Shown here: piece by piece, positions 28,284 through 41,649 of the stretch | How positions within the stretch are numbered: position 1 is the stretch's first letter | How the letters are laid out: every line of letters starts with the position of its first letter | NCBI GenBank assembly: GCA_951406725.2 | Contig: OX597822.1 | Span: forward strand, 41,478,001-41,542,000 | Reading direction: 5' to 3' | DNA from: Octopus vulgaris | Taxonomy: Eukaryota | Length of the DNA: 64,000 nt | The notes under the pieces: model-generated | Databases searched by the model: none | The model's input: the letters and a program-made list of their open reading frames with translations, nothing else | What the model was told of the DNA's origin: nothing | Translations under genes and position numbers: made by a program

Positions 28284-28440
28284 TTATAATAATAATAATA
28301 CCTCAATCCTTTATATATTAATAAAAAAAAGTAGATTGAAAGATTATTTTTTTACCCTATTGAAGACACACGAGATGTCGAAATATCGTTCACTAGATGA
28401 CAACGGCACTCTTCTTTTAATTTTGACTTCAATAATAATG

Positions 28441-28481
<41 letters not shown>

Positions 28482-28894
28482 TAACCAGCTCGTGAAGTTT
28501 TACCTATTTCAATAACAATACTACGAATTCACCAACGATAATTTTCAATTTAAAAATTCAAATGCAACATTTCGTTATTCATCATTAATTACAAGGCTAA
28601 TTAGGCGGTTTAATGACTTTTTTCTAACTGTCCAGATAATTATCTCCAATAACTTGTGAGAGTCTCCCTAGTTACTTGGTCTATACTGTTTAGTTTCAAC
28701 ATACAAACACATACACACACACAAACACACACACATGGCATACAAATACATGACAGATAAAAGTGCGCGCACGCATGCGCATCCACACATATTTATTATT
28801 TAGCTGTAAAACTACATAAATTACGCATGGGCATAGACTTTCCTGCAATATGTGTGTGCGTGCGTGTACGTATAGTTATATGCTTGTAAGTAGG

Positions 28895-28974
<80 letters not shown>

Positions 28975-28985
28975 CAGACATAGAC

Positions 28986-29016
<31 letters not shown>

Positions 29017-29023
29017 GGGATAG

Positions 29024-29102
<79 letters not shown>

Positions 29103-29125
29103 CACAGACAGAGAGACAGACAGAC

Positions 29126-29192
<67 letters not shown>

Positions 29193-30675
29193 CTTACTCA
29201 TATGTATACATATGTACATGCATTTAGTTATACTCACGTATATGTATATGTATGTATATATATGTATATATATATATATATATACATATACATACATATA
29301 TATATATATATATACGTACATATATGTATTTATATATGTACATACATCCATACGTATATATACATACACACATACACGCATATGCACACACACAAACACA
29401 CACGCATATACACGCACCTTCAAATATTTTTGTTTATAATCGAAAGCAACAATTACTTAATATGCAATGTTAAGTTTATAATTTTTAAGAATCAGGTCGA
29501 TTGCTGATTCACTCTGTTGCTGCTTAGAGTTTCGCTCTATGACATGATATCAAATTGACTGAAGAGATAAAGTCGTATTGGCGAGATATCACTTAAACTA
29601 ATTTCATTGTTAGATGGTAATTATTGCTACAGTCTTATAGATAATACTGTTGCTTTTGGCTTCCAAACTATCAAATTTGTTATGATGGTTGTGGGGTTGC
29701 GGTTACTCCACCACAACTATGGCGTGTCGATTGTGATGACTGTACAGATTCCACATATACTTCGGAGACCATTTCTTTTGAGTAACTTATTCTTTTGAAT
29801 AACTTATATTTACATACAATGTAAGTTATTAAAAAGAAATGGTCTCCACTGGCGGTAGTTGGATTGTTTCTCGGACATTCTGTTCAATGGTACTACTAGC
29901 TGTTTCAGAATCCGAAGTTTCTCAGTCAAGCAAAGCTTACACTTCTATGCCCCATTGTTGTACTGAATGGCGCCGTCTACAATGTTTCATATTATTGTGG
30001 AACGTTCAGTTACATAACTGTTTAGTTTCTGAACGAATTAGGACAATGAAGTAAGGTACTTCTCCTTCGATTTGAATGATCGTAAATGTTGATAGTATTA
30101 GCTTTTAAAGGTGTTGATGATAAGTCTCATGTAATTTCTCACAATACAACCAGAGAATGTTACGGTTGTTCTGTATATCATCGCTTTGGTGAGATAAAAC
30201 CTTCTAAAGGAGCAGATCAAGAGATTTCGAGGATAAAATGTTGGTTGTCTAACTGGACCTTGTCTGGGTATGTGTTTTAGGTTATAGTGTGCGATATTAG
30301 AATCAATAGTATCCAAACAAAATAGCTAACCTTACGGGTTTTGATGTTGAAATGTCCCCTGTGTGTAATTGAGTAACCTGTCTTACAAAAGATAAATTGT
30401 TGCTGGCTTTGTTACTGTGTGCATTCATATTAAAGGTGGATTGAACCAGTTTATTTGAAGCAATGACTTGAATATAGATGCATAATGTACACGCAAAATA
30501 CTCTAGGAAGCACAAATACATAAGTTGTATGCATATAACCAATTCCATACTGATTATTTGGAAGATTCAGTTGCTGAGCGACAACGTCGTTTGATGCAAT
30601 AATAACTTGTGTGGTTAATAACAAGATAGTTTAAATGCGTGTTTCAAAATGGCTGTTATATGAACATAAATACTT

Positions 30676-30727
30676 CCCCTACTGATGAGACTGAAATAAC
30701 AATCGATACACAGTTCCGTGTCTGGGG
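30676..30727 (+). ncRNA. Type I hammerhead motif (GAAA changed to GAUA)
   Basis: CCCUA-CUGAUGA-GACUG-AAAUAA-CAAUC-GAUAC-AC-AGUUCC-GU-GUC-UGGGG; all three stems pair. Confidence 0.7.
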
Positions 30728-31123
30728 TAAATTCCTATTTGATATTAATATTCATAAATAGTTGTGTGTTTTTCATGTACATTCTTGTACGTATATTGCA
30801 TTACATTCCTTCATCTATACTTCAGAGTATTGAACACATCGTATCTATTACATAAAGAATTATTGAAAAATATATTAAGAAATATATGTGTGAGAACGAG
30901 CGCGCGTGAGAATAATAATTATGTAATTATTATTATTAGTATTCATTATTACATCCATTCGCGAATAATTGTCTAAAGATCAATAGAGAGAGAGGGTGGA
31001 AAGAGACATATATAGATGCTTGCATGTATGTGTGTCTGGATATGTGAATATATGTGTGTGTGTGCGTGTGTGTGTATTGTCTGTGTCTGTGTGTATGCAT
31101 ATATATATATATATATATATATT

Positions 31124-31165
<42 letters not shown>

Positions 31166-31966
31166 CATACATACATACATATATATATACATATTTCCTG
31201 TTATTATCTGAACACGGCTATTAAACAAGCACCAACTAATAAGTAGGCCCATGTGAACCCACATCCGGCCAATGATGGTTCGATTTGCACTAAAAGCCTC
31301 ATTATTCCTAATCTGGCAAACCACAAACAGGCGCATGTTGGCGACATCAATACAACTTAAAGAGAGACTGGACAGATATATACGTGACCAACGAAATATA
31401 ATGCTGGATAGGGATGAATCTGTTACTGTATCTATAGTAGATGTAGAATCAGACATGACGAAACAATGTGGATGGTGGTGGTGGTGGTGGTGGTGGGGTG
31501 CACTGTGGGTTGTGGTTTATGTATTGAACTGACGGCCGATCAATTACCATAACTCTTAAATACACACACACACACAAACACACATGGATATATGTATGTA
31601 TCTTAAGGATATATTCCTATATATCATACATATAGTTATTAATGCATTCACTAATACAAACATATCCATACGTGTGTATATATTGATGTGTGTATTGTTG
31701 TTGTTGTTGTTTGTGGTGGTGGCAATATTGTTGTTCTTTTTGAGGCTTTAATGATTTAAATCCACATTCATACACACCAATGTGTGTGTATGTGTGTGTA
31801 TTTACTTTTTAATATGTATGTGTATATGTATTCGGTAGATGTTATTCATATATGCGCGCTTACGCATGTATCTATATGCATGTATGTATGTATGTATGTA
31901 TGTATGTATGTATGTATGTATGTATGTATGTATGTATGTATGTATTTATGTATGTAAATAGGTATA

Positions 31967-32036
<70 letters not shown>

Positions 32037-32669
32037 CTTGTACATTATACGTAAATGCATGCATACGTATATACACATCAACCCACGCAACTCTAGAAGC
32101 GAGCAACTATATATTATCGTTGAATGCTTCTACACACACAAACACACACATGTATATGTATATATACGTATGTATAATAGAAATATATATGCACACATAC
32201 AAACAAACACACACACACACGCACACACATACAGCTATGATGTGCACAACCCCCTACAGAGATACACTGCCATTCGTTCACTAAGCACAAACACTCACAT
32301 ACGTAATGAAGTCTTTAGTTGGTCGAAAGATAAGATGAATCAAATTTATGACCAATATTTTGTAAGCTAAAACTGACGTTGTGTTTAGACTGCAAGTTGA
32401 TTTATACTGATCTTGTGAAATATGGTCTTTCTGTTGTACAACAACATCACAATTCAAAACAACTAATCTCTCCCTTCCTCACTCCGCCTCTCTAACTCTC
32501 CCATTCAATATATCTTGATACGCGTGTATCTGTGCGAGTGTCTGAGCGTACAAGTCCATTAAATGAGCGTATACATGCGTGGATATACGTGTATATGTAT
32601 ACGTTTTGTTTATACACGTACACACTCAATATTCCCTGGTCTCTGTGTCTCTCTGTCTCTTTCTCCCTT

Positions 32670-33044
32670 TATTTTCGCAGTCATTACACTGCAGCCATGT
32701 TGGAGCACCGCCTTGATGAGTTTAGCTGATGAAAACAAACTCTAGTACATATTTTAAAGTCTTGTACTTATCCTATCGGTTGTTTCCTGAACCGCTGTGT
32801 TGCGAATATATAAAGAAGTCAACACCGAGTGTCTAGCGATGAGACACAAATTCAAAAATACACACTCACGCATGCACCACGCACGCACCTATACACCCGC
32901 GTGCACGCACGTACACCGGGTTTCTATATAGATTTATTTATTCAGCAGACTCTAGCGGACTACACTTGCCATGATACCATGCAGTGGGATTGGACCCGAG
33001 ACCACCTGATTGCGAAAAGAACCTCTCAACTACATCGCCATTCC

Positions 33045-33048
<4 letters not shown>
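32670..33048 (-). mobile_element. SINE family B (old, diverged)
   Basis: GCAGCCATGTTGGAGCACCGCC...ACTTGCC...GCAGTGGGAT. Confidence 0.6.
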
Positions 33049-33107
<59 letters not shown>

Positions 33108-33144
33108 ATATATGTGTGTGTGTGTGTGTGTATGTATGTATATA

Positions 33145-33188
<44 letters not shown>

Positions 33189-33666
33189 CTAGCAGTATAG
33201 CCCGGCGTTGCTCGGGTTTGTTTTTTTAGTTGCGCTTAAAACGGCAGACTTTGATGTCGCGTTAACAAAGTTTTGACATAGTTTCAATCTATGAATAAAA
33301 GTATAGTGTGGCGATGCTCGAGTTTGCTCTGAATGTGCTGTAAATGTGTAATGCTGACTTCAATTGTCGGTATTGTTGATTAATATTCCTTCTATTAACA
33401 TTATGGAGAAAAAAATTACCCGTAGATTTAAAGCAAATGAAGCTCAAGTTTCGAACTGCACTGAAAATCTATTAAGAAGTAAAAAATAGGGATTTTCATA
33501 GAAAAAAGTACCTTCTTGATGTAAATAATTTTTGGTCTTAACATGGTCCGATTTGAATTTTTCTTCTACGAATGAAGAGCAAAGATTCTTCTATCATACT
33601 CTCAATTTTGGTCAACTTGCACCGCAGGGTCTCGGAGGAGATAGTGTTAGTTGAAGGCTACCAAAC

Positions 33667-33670
<4 letters not shown>
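33189..33670 (-). mobile_element. Non-autonomous Helitron (3' end clear, 5' boundary uncertain)
   Basis: Minus strand ends CCCGAGCAACGCCGGG (hairpin) then CTATACTGCTAG, followed by T in (TA)n. Confidence 0.65.
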
Positions 33671-33702
<32 letters not shown>

Positions 33703-33932
33703 ACACACACACACGGGCTTTCACACAGTTTCTTTCTCACATATTCACTTGCAAAGCATTGTTCGGCCCAGGGCTGCAGAAGACACTTGCTCCCAGGTGC
33801 CACGCAGTAAGACTAAACTCAAATCCATGTCATTGCAAAGTGAGCTTCTGAAAAGTGACCGACTCTATGAGTCCAGACCCGGACAATACTTATATATATA
33901 CATACATTGATACATAGATGTATATATATATG

Positions 33933-34013
<81 letters not shown>

Positions 34014-34270
34014 GTACGACACTAAACGAGAAATAATTATTCTATATAGTAACTTAAATACAAGCTGAAACTAATAGCGACTCGTATTAAAGTTACAGTA
34101 TATATCGTTACAGTATATAATGCGTGTGAAAGCTTGATTTTGTGTGAATTAATACATCTATGAGGTGATTTATAATCAGAAGATTCAAATAGAAGTGGGA
34201 AATCCGGCGAATGTTGTAGGTTTTATCCGTGATTTTGGCCTGTTAAAATAAGTTCCAGTTGGCTGAGGTA

Positions 34271-34409
34271 CAAGGGGTGTATGAAAAGTTTTGAGCCTGC
34301 AGGGCCTTTGAGCTTTGAAGTCTTGTACCTTCATCAGAAGTCTTGTTCCATGTTTTGTTTTTTTGTTTTGTTTTGTTTTTGAGGCTCAAGACTTTTCATA
34401 AACCCCTCG
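34271..34409. mobile_element. mariner-type MITE
   Basis: About 28-bp TIRs CAAGGGGTGTATGAAAAGTTTTGAGCCT / AGGCTCAAGACTTTTCATAAACCCCTCG; TA TSD. Confidence 0.85.
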
Positions 34410-34609
34410 TAGAGTAAAACGAGCTAATTGTTATTCTATGTATGTATGTATGTATGTATGTATGTATGTATGTATGTATGCATGTATGTATGTATGTATG
34501 TATGTATGTATGTATGTATGTATGTATGCATGCATGTATGTATGTATGTATGTATGTATGTATGTATGTATGTATGTATGTATGTATTTATGTATGTATA
34601 TATGTATGT

Positions 34610-34800
34610 AGGCAGCGAACTGGCAGAACGGTTGGCACGTCGAATAAACTGCTTAGAAGTATTTCTTCCAGTTCTTTACGTCGTGAGTTCAAATTCCGCC
34701 GAGATCGATTTTGCTCCTCTATCCTTTCGGGTTATTGGGTCGATGTAATCGATTATACCCACCTTCCTGAAAATTGCTGGCTTGTGCCAAAATTTGAAGC
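34610..34800 (+). mobile_element. SINE family C (diverged)
   Basis: GGCAGCGAACTGGCAGAAC...GAGTTCAAATTCCGCCGAG. Confidence 0.75.
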
Positions 34801-35739
34801 CGCTATGTATGCATGTGTATATGTATGTATCATAGATTTGTACATTATGTACCCCTTCAACAATTGATACATATACAAAACATCTTGAGTTCAATACTTG
34901 GGCTATCTCTCAACCTTGTAGAGTCTCATTGAGTTATTGTCAGGAAACCACGTGATCTGTTCCAGTCAAACTATTTATATGTTACAGTGTTGGACGTAAT
35001 CTGTAGTCCTGTATAACACTATCGCCAGGTTTTTGAATGCTTTTAGCACAATCGGCTCTCGCTAGAACATTAGGATCAGATCACATTTTTCTCTAACGAA
35101 CCTTGATGTTCCAGCAAAAGAGTATCTTGAATAGATTTGCTTTTCCTTTCTTCTTCTGAGCAAGCCGCAATAATCTTTTTTAAAGTCAATATCTTGACTA
35201 AATGATCTACAGATTTGGTAATTAGTGTTCCAGCAAAATTAGCTAAACAGACTCATACAACATAGGAATATTTTAAATTCTATGTAAGAAATGAATTCTG
35301 ATCTTGCGCAGAAATTAATTTTAGAGTTGTTCATTTATTAGATTGCCATGTTATTTATTTAGGGTTATGACCCGGTAATTATTTTAGGACAAACTCAGAT
35401 AATTGCTTAATTAAGTTGTATTTCAATTGTAATAAATAGTGTATCATATATTTATCTCCAAATTCATAAAGATATAGGCAAACACATATACATATATACA
35501 CCCATATACACCTTATTATACACACGTACATACACTTACATAGGGATATATACATAAGCATCCAGTTTACACATACACACATATCTAATATACACGTAGA
35601 CACTAAACATGTATGTATATATATATATATCTTTACACACACACACACACACATACATATGGAGGGGGAGAAAGAAATTTTACAGTTTGCATAAACAAAA
35701 ACACAATATTCCATCTAAAAATAGAGGTATTTTGAAAAA

Positions 35740-36421
35740 TTCAAAAAAGTATCCACAACTGGGAGATAACAGTTTCTTTAAAATAGCCGCACTCTGCTTC
35801 CACCACGGCCGCAAGACGGCTCCAGAACCTGGCTTATGCGTTCTTCACTGTGTCCCTGCAAATATCTTCGAATATTTTTATCTTAGCCACCAGCACGGCC
35901 TTGGTGTCGCAGACAGAGCGGTTGGTGTTTATCTCAACCGCGCCCCATGCATAGTAATCCATGGGGTTACGATTGTGGCAGTTGGAAGGACAGAAATTGA
36001 AGGTGATGAAAGCAGCGAGCTGGCAGAAACGTTAGCACACCGGGCGAAATGCTCAGCGGTATTTCGTCTGCCGTTGCGTTCTGAGTTCAAATTCCGCCGA
36101 GGTCGACTTTGCCTTTCATCCTTTCGGGGTCGATAAATTAAGTACCAGTTACGCACTGGGGTCGATGTAATCGACTTAATCCGTTTGTCTGTTCTTGTTT
36201 GTCCCCTCTATGTTTAGCCCCTTGTGGGCAATAAAGAAATAAGAAATTGAGGCTGATGTAGTCGTAAACATTCTCCGACAACCTCTTCTTGGCAAGGAGC
36301 CGAATCCTGCAGCCATCCGGTGGCAACACTCTCTCACCAGGATTTGACAAAAGTCTCCAGCAGGCTATTCCTGAAAAAAGGAAACATTAAAAAATCGTCA
36401 AATTTAGCCCGAACACCCTGT
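35740..36421 (-). mobile_element. Tc1/mariner (maT-like) transposase fossil, internally deleted
   Basis: Minus PSNCHNRNPMDYYAWGAVE resembles WPPxSPDLNPxDY; terminal TA-CAGGGTGTTCGGGCTAAATT. Confidence 0.65.
36011..36241 (+). mobile_element. SINE family C nested in the transposon
   Basis: Full length; 17-bp TSD AGAAATTGAAGGTGATG / AGAAATTGAGGCTGATG. Confidence 0.9.
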
Positions 36422-36909
36422 ATAACATGCTTTCGTTATTTCCTAAATAGTTTCTATTTACATAGACGTTTACTGTAGTAATTATTCAATGTCAACTTTT
36501 ATCTCAATTCAACACTGAATCTCCTGTCTTTAAGAAACCTAGAAAATAAATCTTGAGGAAAGTTTTAGCGAAGTACTTCAGCTCAATGATAACGTTTCTA
36601 TCGTTGATTTGGGCAGAGAGAGCAAATTATCGATTTTGTGTCCACAGTGAGTCTGAAAACGCGGAAGTAAATAATCATGGAATGACTGCTTATAGAATCG
36701 CATATCGTAGTGTAAAATATCGAAGAGTAACATTTCATATAGTGGCTAAATAGAAGAGGTAGTACATCGTTAAGACATATCATTGGGTGATACACAGTAG
36801 AGTAATATCATATAATGCTTCATTCAAGAGTATAATATCATAGGGTGAGACGCTGTGGAATAACATCAAGATAGCGTAATCTTGATAGTATATGCGTGAA
36901 GATAACATG

Positions 36910-36960
<51 letters not shown>

Positions 36961-37059
36961 GAATACATACATACATACATACATACATACATACATACAT
37001 ACATACATACATACAGGAACAGGAGATTGCCACAAAGTAACTGATGAACAAGAAAGTGA

Positions 37060-37690
37060 CACTTGTAATCCCAAGGTGCAACTGCATGTGTAGATTATGT
37101 CATGTTTCCGTGGAATAGATTACGTATGTGATTAGCAGTTGTCCTAAAATGTCGTCACGGTACTACCTCCCTGTGCGGCATGATGTTGCTAAAACAATTT
37201 ACAATGCCATCCGCAAAAAATACTGTCCCGAAATAAACTTAGATAGTCCCTCTGTTATGGAATACATTCATAAACACCAACTCAAGGAATACTGATGGAA
37301 TATTCCCATCAAAACTGCTGTCAAATGTAAGCATAACAGACCCTCTTTGAAAATCAAAGAAAATGAGGATATCTATGGACAGCTGCTTCGAAACCTCCAG
37401 CTTCTGTATCCAGACTATGAATTCATATTCATACCTATTATAAATGGAGCGCTAGATTTTGTTAGTAAATGCCTAAACGAGAAGTTGGATAAACTGAGAT
37501 TTTCAGAAAGAGAAATTGACCGGCTGATCTGTACAAGTGCAATCAGTGAGTGGAACAGTAAAAATATGCCAGACTTTTCTCGAGTTCCAAATCTGAATTT
37601 GTCTGTGTTAACTACAATCAGAGATGGAGCCTAGTATCTTTGTTGGAAACCGACTCCTTCGTCAGTGGAAGATTTATAATAATTAAAAAA
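37060..37690 (+). mobile_element. R4-clade LINE 3' remnant
   Basis: ISSCPKMSSRYYLPVRHDVAK...WNIPIKTAVKCKHNRP...FIPIINGAL, plus 3' UTR. Confidence 0.8.
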
Positions 37691-37852
37691 ATAGAAGAGA
37701 CACACATACATAATATAGCATTTATCTTTTATCTTTTACTTATTTCAGCCATTAGTCTGTGGCCATGCTGGGACACTGCCTTAAAGAATTTTAGTCGAAC
37801 AAATCGACCTTATTAATTATTCTGTCGAGATCTTTTGCCGAACTGCTAAATA

Positions 37853-38050
37853 GTGTTGACGATTTTTTTCCTCCATCTTCCTTTTCTCTTGGACTTACCT
37901 CCGTCTCCTGTTGCTGAAGAAGAGCTTTGCTCGGAACATTAAACTACCTTTCTTTCCTTCCCTGAGCCTCAGTTAATACTATGCATGCATCACGTCCTCC
38001 CGTTGTTGTATTTTTCTTATGTTTTTTTTTTCGATTTTGGGGGATTCATT
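37853..38050 (+). mobile_element. Solo PLE pLTR (related family) with degenerate hammerhead at 37910-37944
   Basis: CUGAAGA-A-GAGC-UUU-GCUC-GGAAC-AUU-AAAC; downstream CCTGAGC...TAATAC parallels 23431-23450. Confidence 0.6.
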
Positions 38051-38060
38051 ATATATATAT

Positions 38061-38465
38061 AGGCGCAGGAGTGGCTGTGTGGTAAGTAGCTTGCTAACCA
38101 ACCACATGGCTCCGGGTTCAGTCCCACTGCGTGGCATCTTGGGCAAGTGTCTTCTGCTATAGCCCCGGGCCGACCAATGCCTTGTGAGTGGATTTGGTAG
38201 ACGGAAACTGAAAGAAGCCTGTCGTATATATGTATATATATATATTTGTGTGTGTATGTGTGTGTGTTTGTGTGTTTGTCCCCCTAGCATTGCTTGACAA
38301 CCGATGCTGGTGTGTTTACGTCCCCGTCACTTAGCGGTTCGGCAAAAGAGACCGATATAATAAGTACTGGGCATACAAAGAATAAGTCCCGGGGTCGATT
38401 TGCTCGACTAAAGGCGGTGCACCAGCATGGCCGCAGTCAAATGACTGAAACCAGTAAAAGATAAA
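38061..38465 (+). mobile_element. SINE family B, full length
   Basis: GGCGCAGGAGTGGCTGTGTGG...GGGTTCAGTCCC...CAAATGACTGAAAC. Confidence 0.9.
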
Positions 38466-38621
38466 AGAGAGAGAAAGATATATATATATTATATTAAATT
38501 AGAGATAAAACCACTATTAGGCAAATCATACAATGAAAACCTTAAGCCAATACATAAGATTATTTAATTTATATTATTTAAATATATAACAAAATTATTT
38601 TAAAAAATATAATTAATATAA

Positions 38622-38685
38622 CACTACGATCGTTTCATGGCTGTTAATTTCTTTAAATTTTCGAGTTACAGTCATTCATCAGGTG
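38622..38685 (-). ncRNA. Type I hammerhead motif, antisense copy in left arm of F1
   Basis: Reverse complement of 38747-38810. Confidence 0.8.
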
Positions 38686-38746
38686 GTTTAAATATTTAAC
38701 TTGGCGAGGTTCATTGATTAAACCTCGCCAAGTTAAATATTTAAAC

Positions 38747-38810
38747 CACCTGATGAATGACTGTAACTCGAAAATTTAAAGAAATTAACAGCCATGAAAC
38801 GATCGTAGTG
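38747..38810 (+). ncRNA. Type I hammerhead ribozyme motif, intact core
   Basis: CAC-CUGAUGA-AUGACUGU...ACAGCCAU-GAAAC-GAUC-GUA-GUG. Confidence 0.8.
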
Positions 38811-39020
38811 TTATATTAATTATATTTTTTTAAATAATTTTGTTATATATTTAAATAATATAAATTAAATAATCTTATGTATTGGCTTAAGTTTTTCATT
38901 GTATGATTTGCCTAATAGTAGTTTTATCTCTAATTTAATATAATATAATATTTTACTATAAAATTGGATTCAATCCTAATTCTGATTTTTCCCTGTAAGT
39001 TTGGATTTATTCCCTAATAA

Positions 39021-39083
<63 letters not shown>

Positions 39084-39466
39084 CACAATATCGATATATA
39101 TCCCACTTTTGTGTACCAAAAACATATGGTTAATAGGCGAAACAGCCGGTCTGCGATTAATTCTTGTTTTTTATATAATTTTTATCTGTCTTGCCCGCAT
39201 ATTGTTCTGGTGTCCGCTGAATTTTTCTCTAGAGATCATTCTTTTCTTTGTAGTTTGATCGAAGGTTATCTACTTCTAGCATATGGCTGACCACATAGTG
39301 GTTTTTAGCACTTTAAATATACACATGTATTAGAATCTTCTCTGATTTTTCAGATTTTTGTATGCTAGGCTACTGGTTTTAAATTGATATTAATTAAATT
39401 AATATTCAATTTATCTCCCTCATTATTTAAATATTACATATTTATATATGCATGTTTATGTGTGTG

Positions 39467-39503
<37 letters not shown>

Positions 39504-39532
39504 ATCTCAACAATATGATATATTCATATTCA

Positions 39533-39864
39533 TTTACTTGTTTCAGTCATTTAACTGCGGCCATGCTGGAGCACAGCCTTTAGTCGAACAAATCGACCTC
39601 AGTACTTATTGTCTCTAAGCCTAATACTTCGGTCTCTTTTGGTGAACCGCTAAGTTAAAGGGACGTAAACGCACCATCATCGGTTGTCAAGCGATGTTGG
39701 GGGGATAAACACACACACATACATACATACATACATATATATATATATTGGCCTGCTCGCTTAGCCAGCAGGGTGGCGTCATTTGAAGGCTAAAACAGTG
39801 CGAAGTGCATTGTGACCAGCGAGGTGTAGCAACATCTGATAGCCTGGTCGGTCACGGTCACGGT

Positions 39865-39895
<31 letters not shown>

Positions 39896-40458
39896 GACGG
39901 GTTCTTTCAGTTTTCGTCTACCAAAACCTCTCACAAGGCGTTCGTCGACATGAGGCTATAGTAGAAGACCGTTGCCCAAGGTGCTACGCAGTGGGACTGA
40001 ACCTGGAACCATGTGGTTGGTAAGCAAGCAACTTACCACACAGCCACTATCAAATATATATGGTTTTTATTATTTTCATAATTTGCATAAATTAATTTTA
40101 TTATAAATGCAACACCACACCGCGATAGATGAACCGCAAAATGGCGAGATATTACCGTACAGTGAATGGCAATGAAGGTCCAGTAGCGTAGATAAAGAAT
40201 CAAAGGAGTCCATCGGTAATAAATGTATGGGAAACACTGATTTAATGCTGAGTACTTATAATTTTTTCTTTCTTTCCTTACTTGTTTTCTTTTGATTAAA
40301 TTAGCTTCTTTCAGTTTCCGTCTACCAAATACACTCACAAGGCTTTGGTCGGCTCGAGGCTATAGTAAAGAGACTTGCCCAAGATGCCATGCAGTGGGAC
40401 TGAACCTGGAACCACACAGTTGGGAAGCAAGCTTCTTACTACACAGCCACGCTGCGCC
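39533..40458. mobile_element. SINE cluster: B pieces on minus (39533-39710, 39894-40047, 40304-40458) and an A tail-1 fragment on plus (39748-39866)
   Basis: Matches to the family copies elsewhere in the window. Confidence 0.75.
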
Positions 40459-40461
40459 TTT

Positions 40462-40493
<32 letters not shown>

Positions 40494-41649
40494 GTATATA
40501 TTTATATATATATACGGTATATGTCCCAAGGTTTCTTTTGAATCATCCGTCATCATTCTAGTTATTTAATACAGCCCTAACCATATTCAGTATGGTCACG
40601 CTTGGAACACCTCTGACTATATTTCTGCTTCATCAGGGGCCGCGAAGAGTCTAAGCAAACACAAAAAATAGCCATAGGAATCCCATGATGAAACTGGTCA
40701 CATGGTGGAGTTTGTAGAAGCAGGCTAATCGTTGGAGTTGGTATGGTATGACATCTTGTATTTTGGAGAGTCCTGTACAGTTGTATCAAACTGGAAATAG
40801 TAGTAGCAGCAGCAGTAACAGCAACAGCAACAACAACAACAGCTGCTGGTGTTGTTGTGGTGGTGGTGGTGGTGGTGGTGGTGGTGGTGGTGGTGGTGGT
40901 GGTGATTTAGCTGATGCTGTAGTCGATTGTACGTAAAAAAAATAGTTTAAATATAGCTAATGTATACATTTGCTTAAGTTTTCGTGTATTTATGGGTTTT
41001 TCTTTCCTTTTACTACATAGAGGTATATATAGAAGCAAACATGTAATTATATAAACATATAATCATATCTATCACCCACTCTCAAACACACACACACACA
41101 CACAATATAAATACATACATACATACACACACGCGTACATACATACATACATACATACATACATACATACATACATACATACATACATACATACATGCAT
41201 GCATGCATAATTGGCGCACTTGATTCTAGGCAGTACAATATAAGTTCTTCGAAACGAAATAGTTAATGACTAAGAATGCACAACGGTGTAATCGGTGCTA
41301 TGACTTTATGAATATAAAAGTTTTAAAAGGATGAAAAATGAACCGCAAAATTACTATATAAAACAAATATGGAATATTAACTACAACAGTCACCCTCGTG
41401 GGGCATCAAGATCTTTTTCGAAGACTGCCCATTTTGTCAGCAGCATATGAACTAAAGGCATTCCTTTAGCCATACGGTAATGCAGCAATTGCTGATATCA
41501 CATGTATCTGTTATATAATCGACCACAAAGCAACAAAACTCTCACTATGGATGGATGGATGGATGGATGGATGGATGGATGGATGGATGGATGGATGAAT
41601 GGATGGGTGGATGGATGGATGGATAGTTTGGTGGATGGATGACTCCTCT

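Larger units (their letters stand above)
38485..39023 (+). mobile_element. Foldback element F1: near-perfect palindrome (about 227-bp arms, 9-nt loop) + 3' tail; PLE pLTR-derived
   Basis: Arms 38485-38711 and 38721-38947; tail 38948-39023 shared with 51248-51331; in (TA)n. Confidence 0.85.

Noticed and set aside
40608-40642. Minus CUGAUGA-AGCA-GAAA-UAUA-GUC
   Set aside because: No stem II and a mismatched stem I; probably chance.
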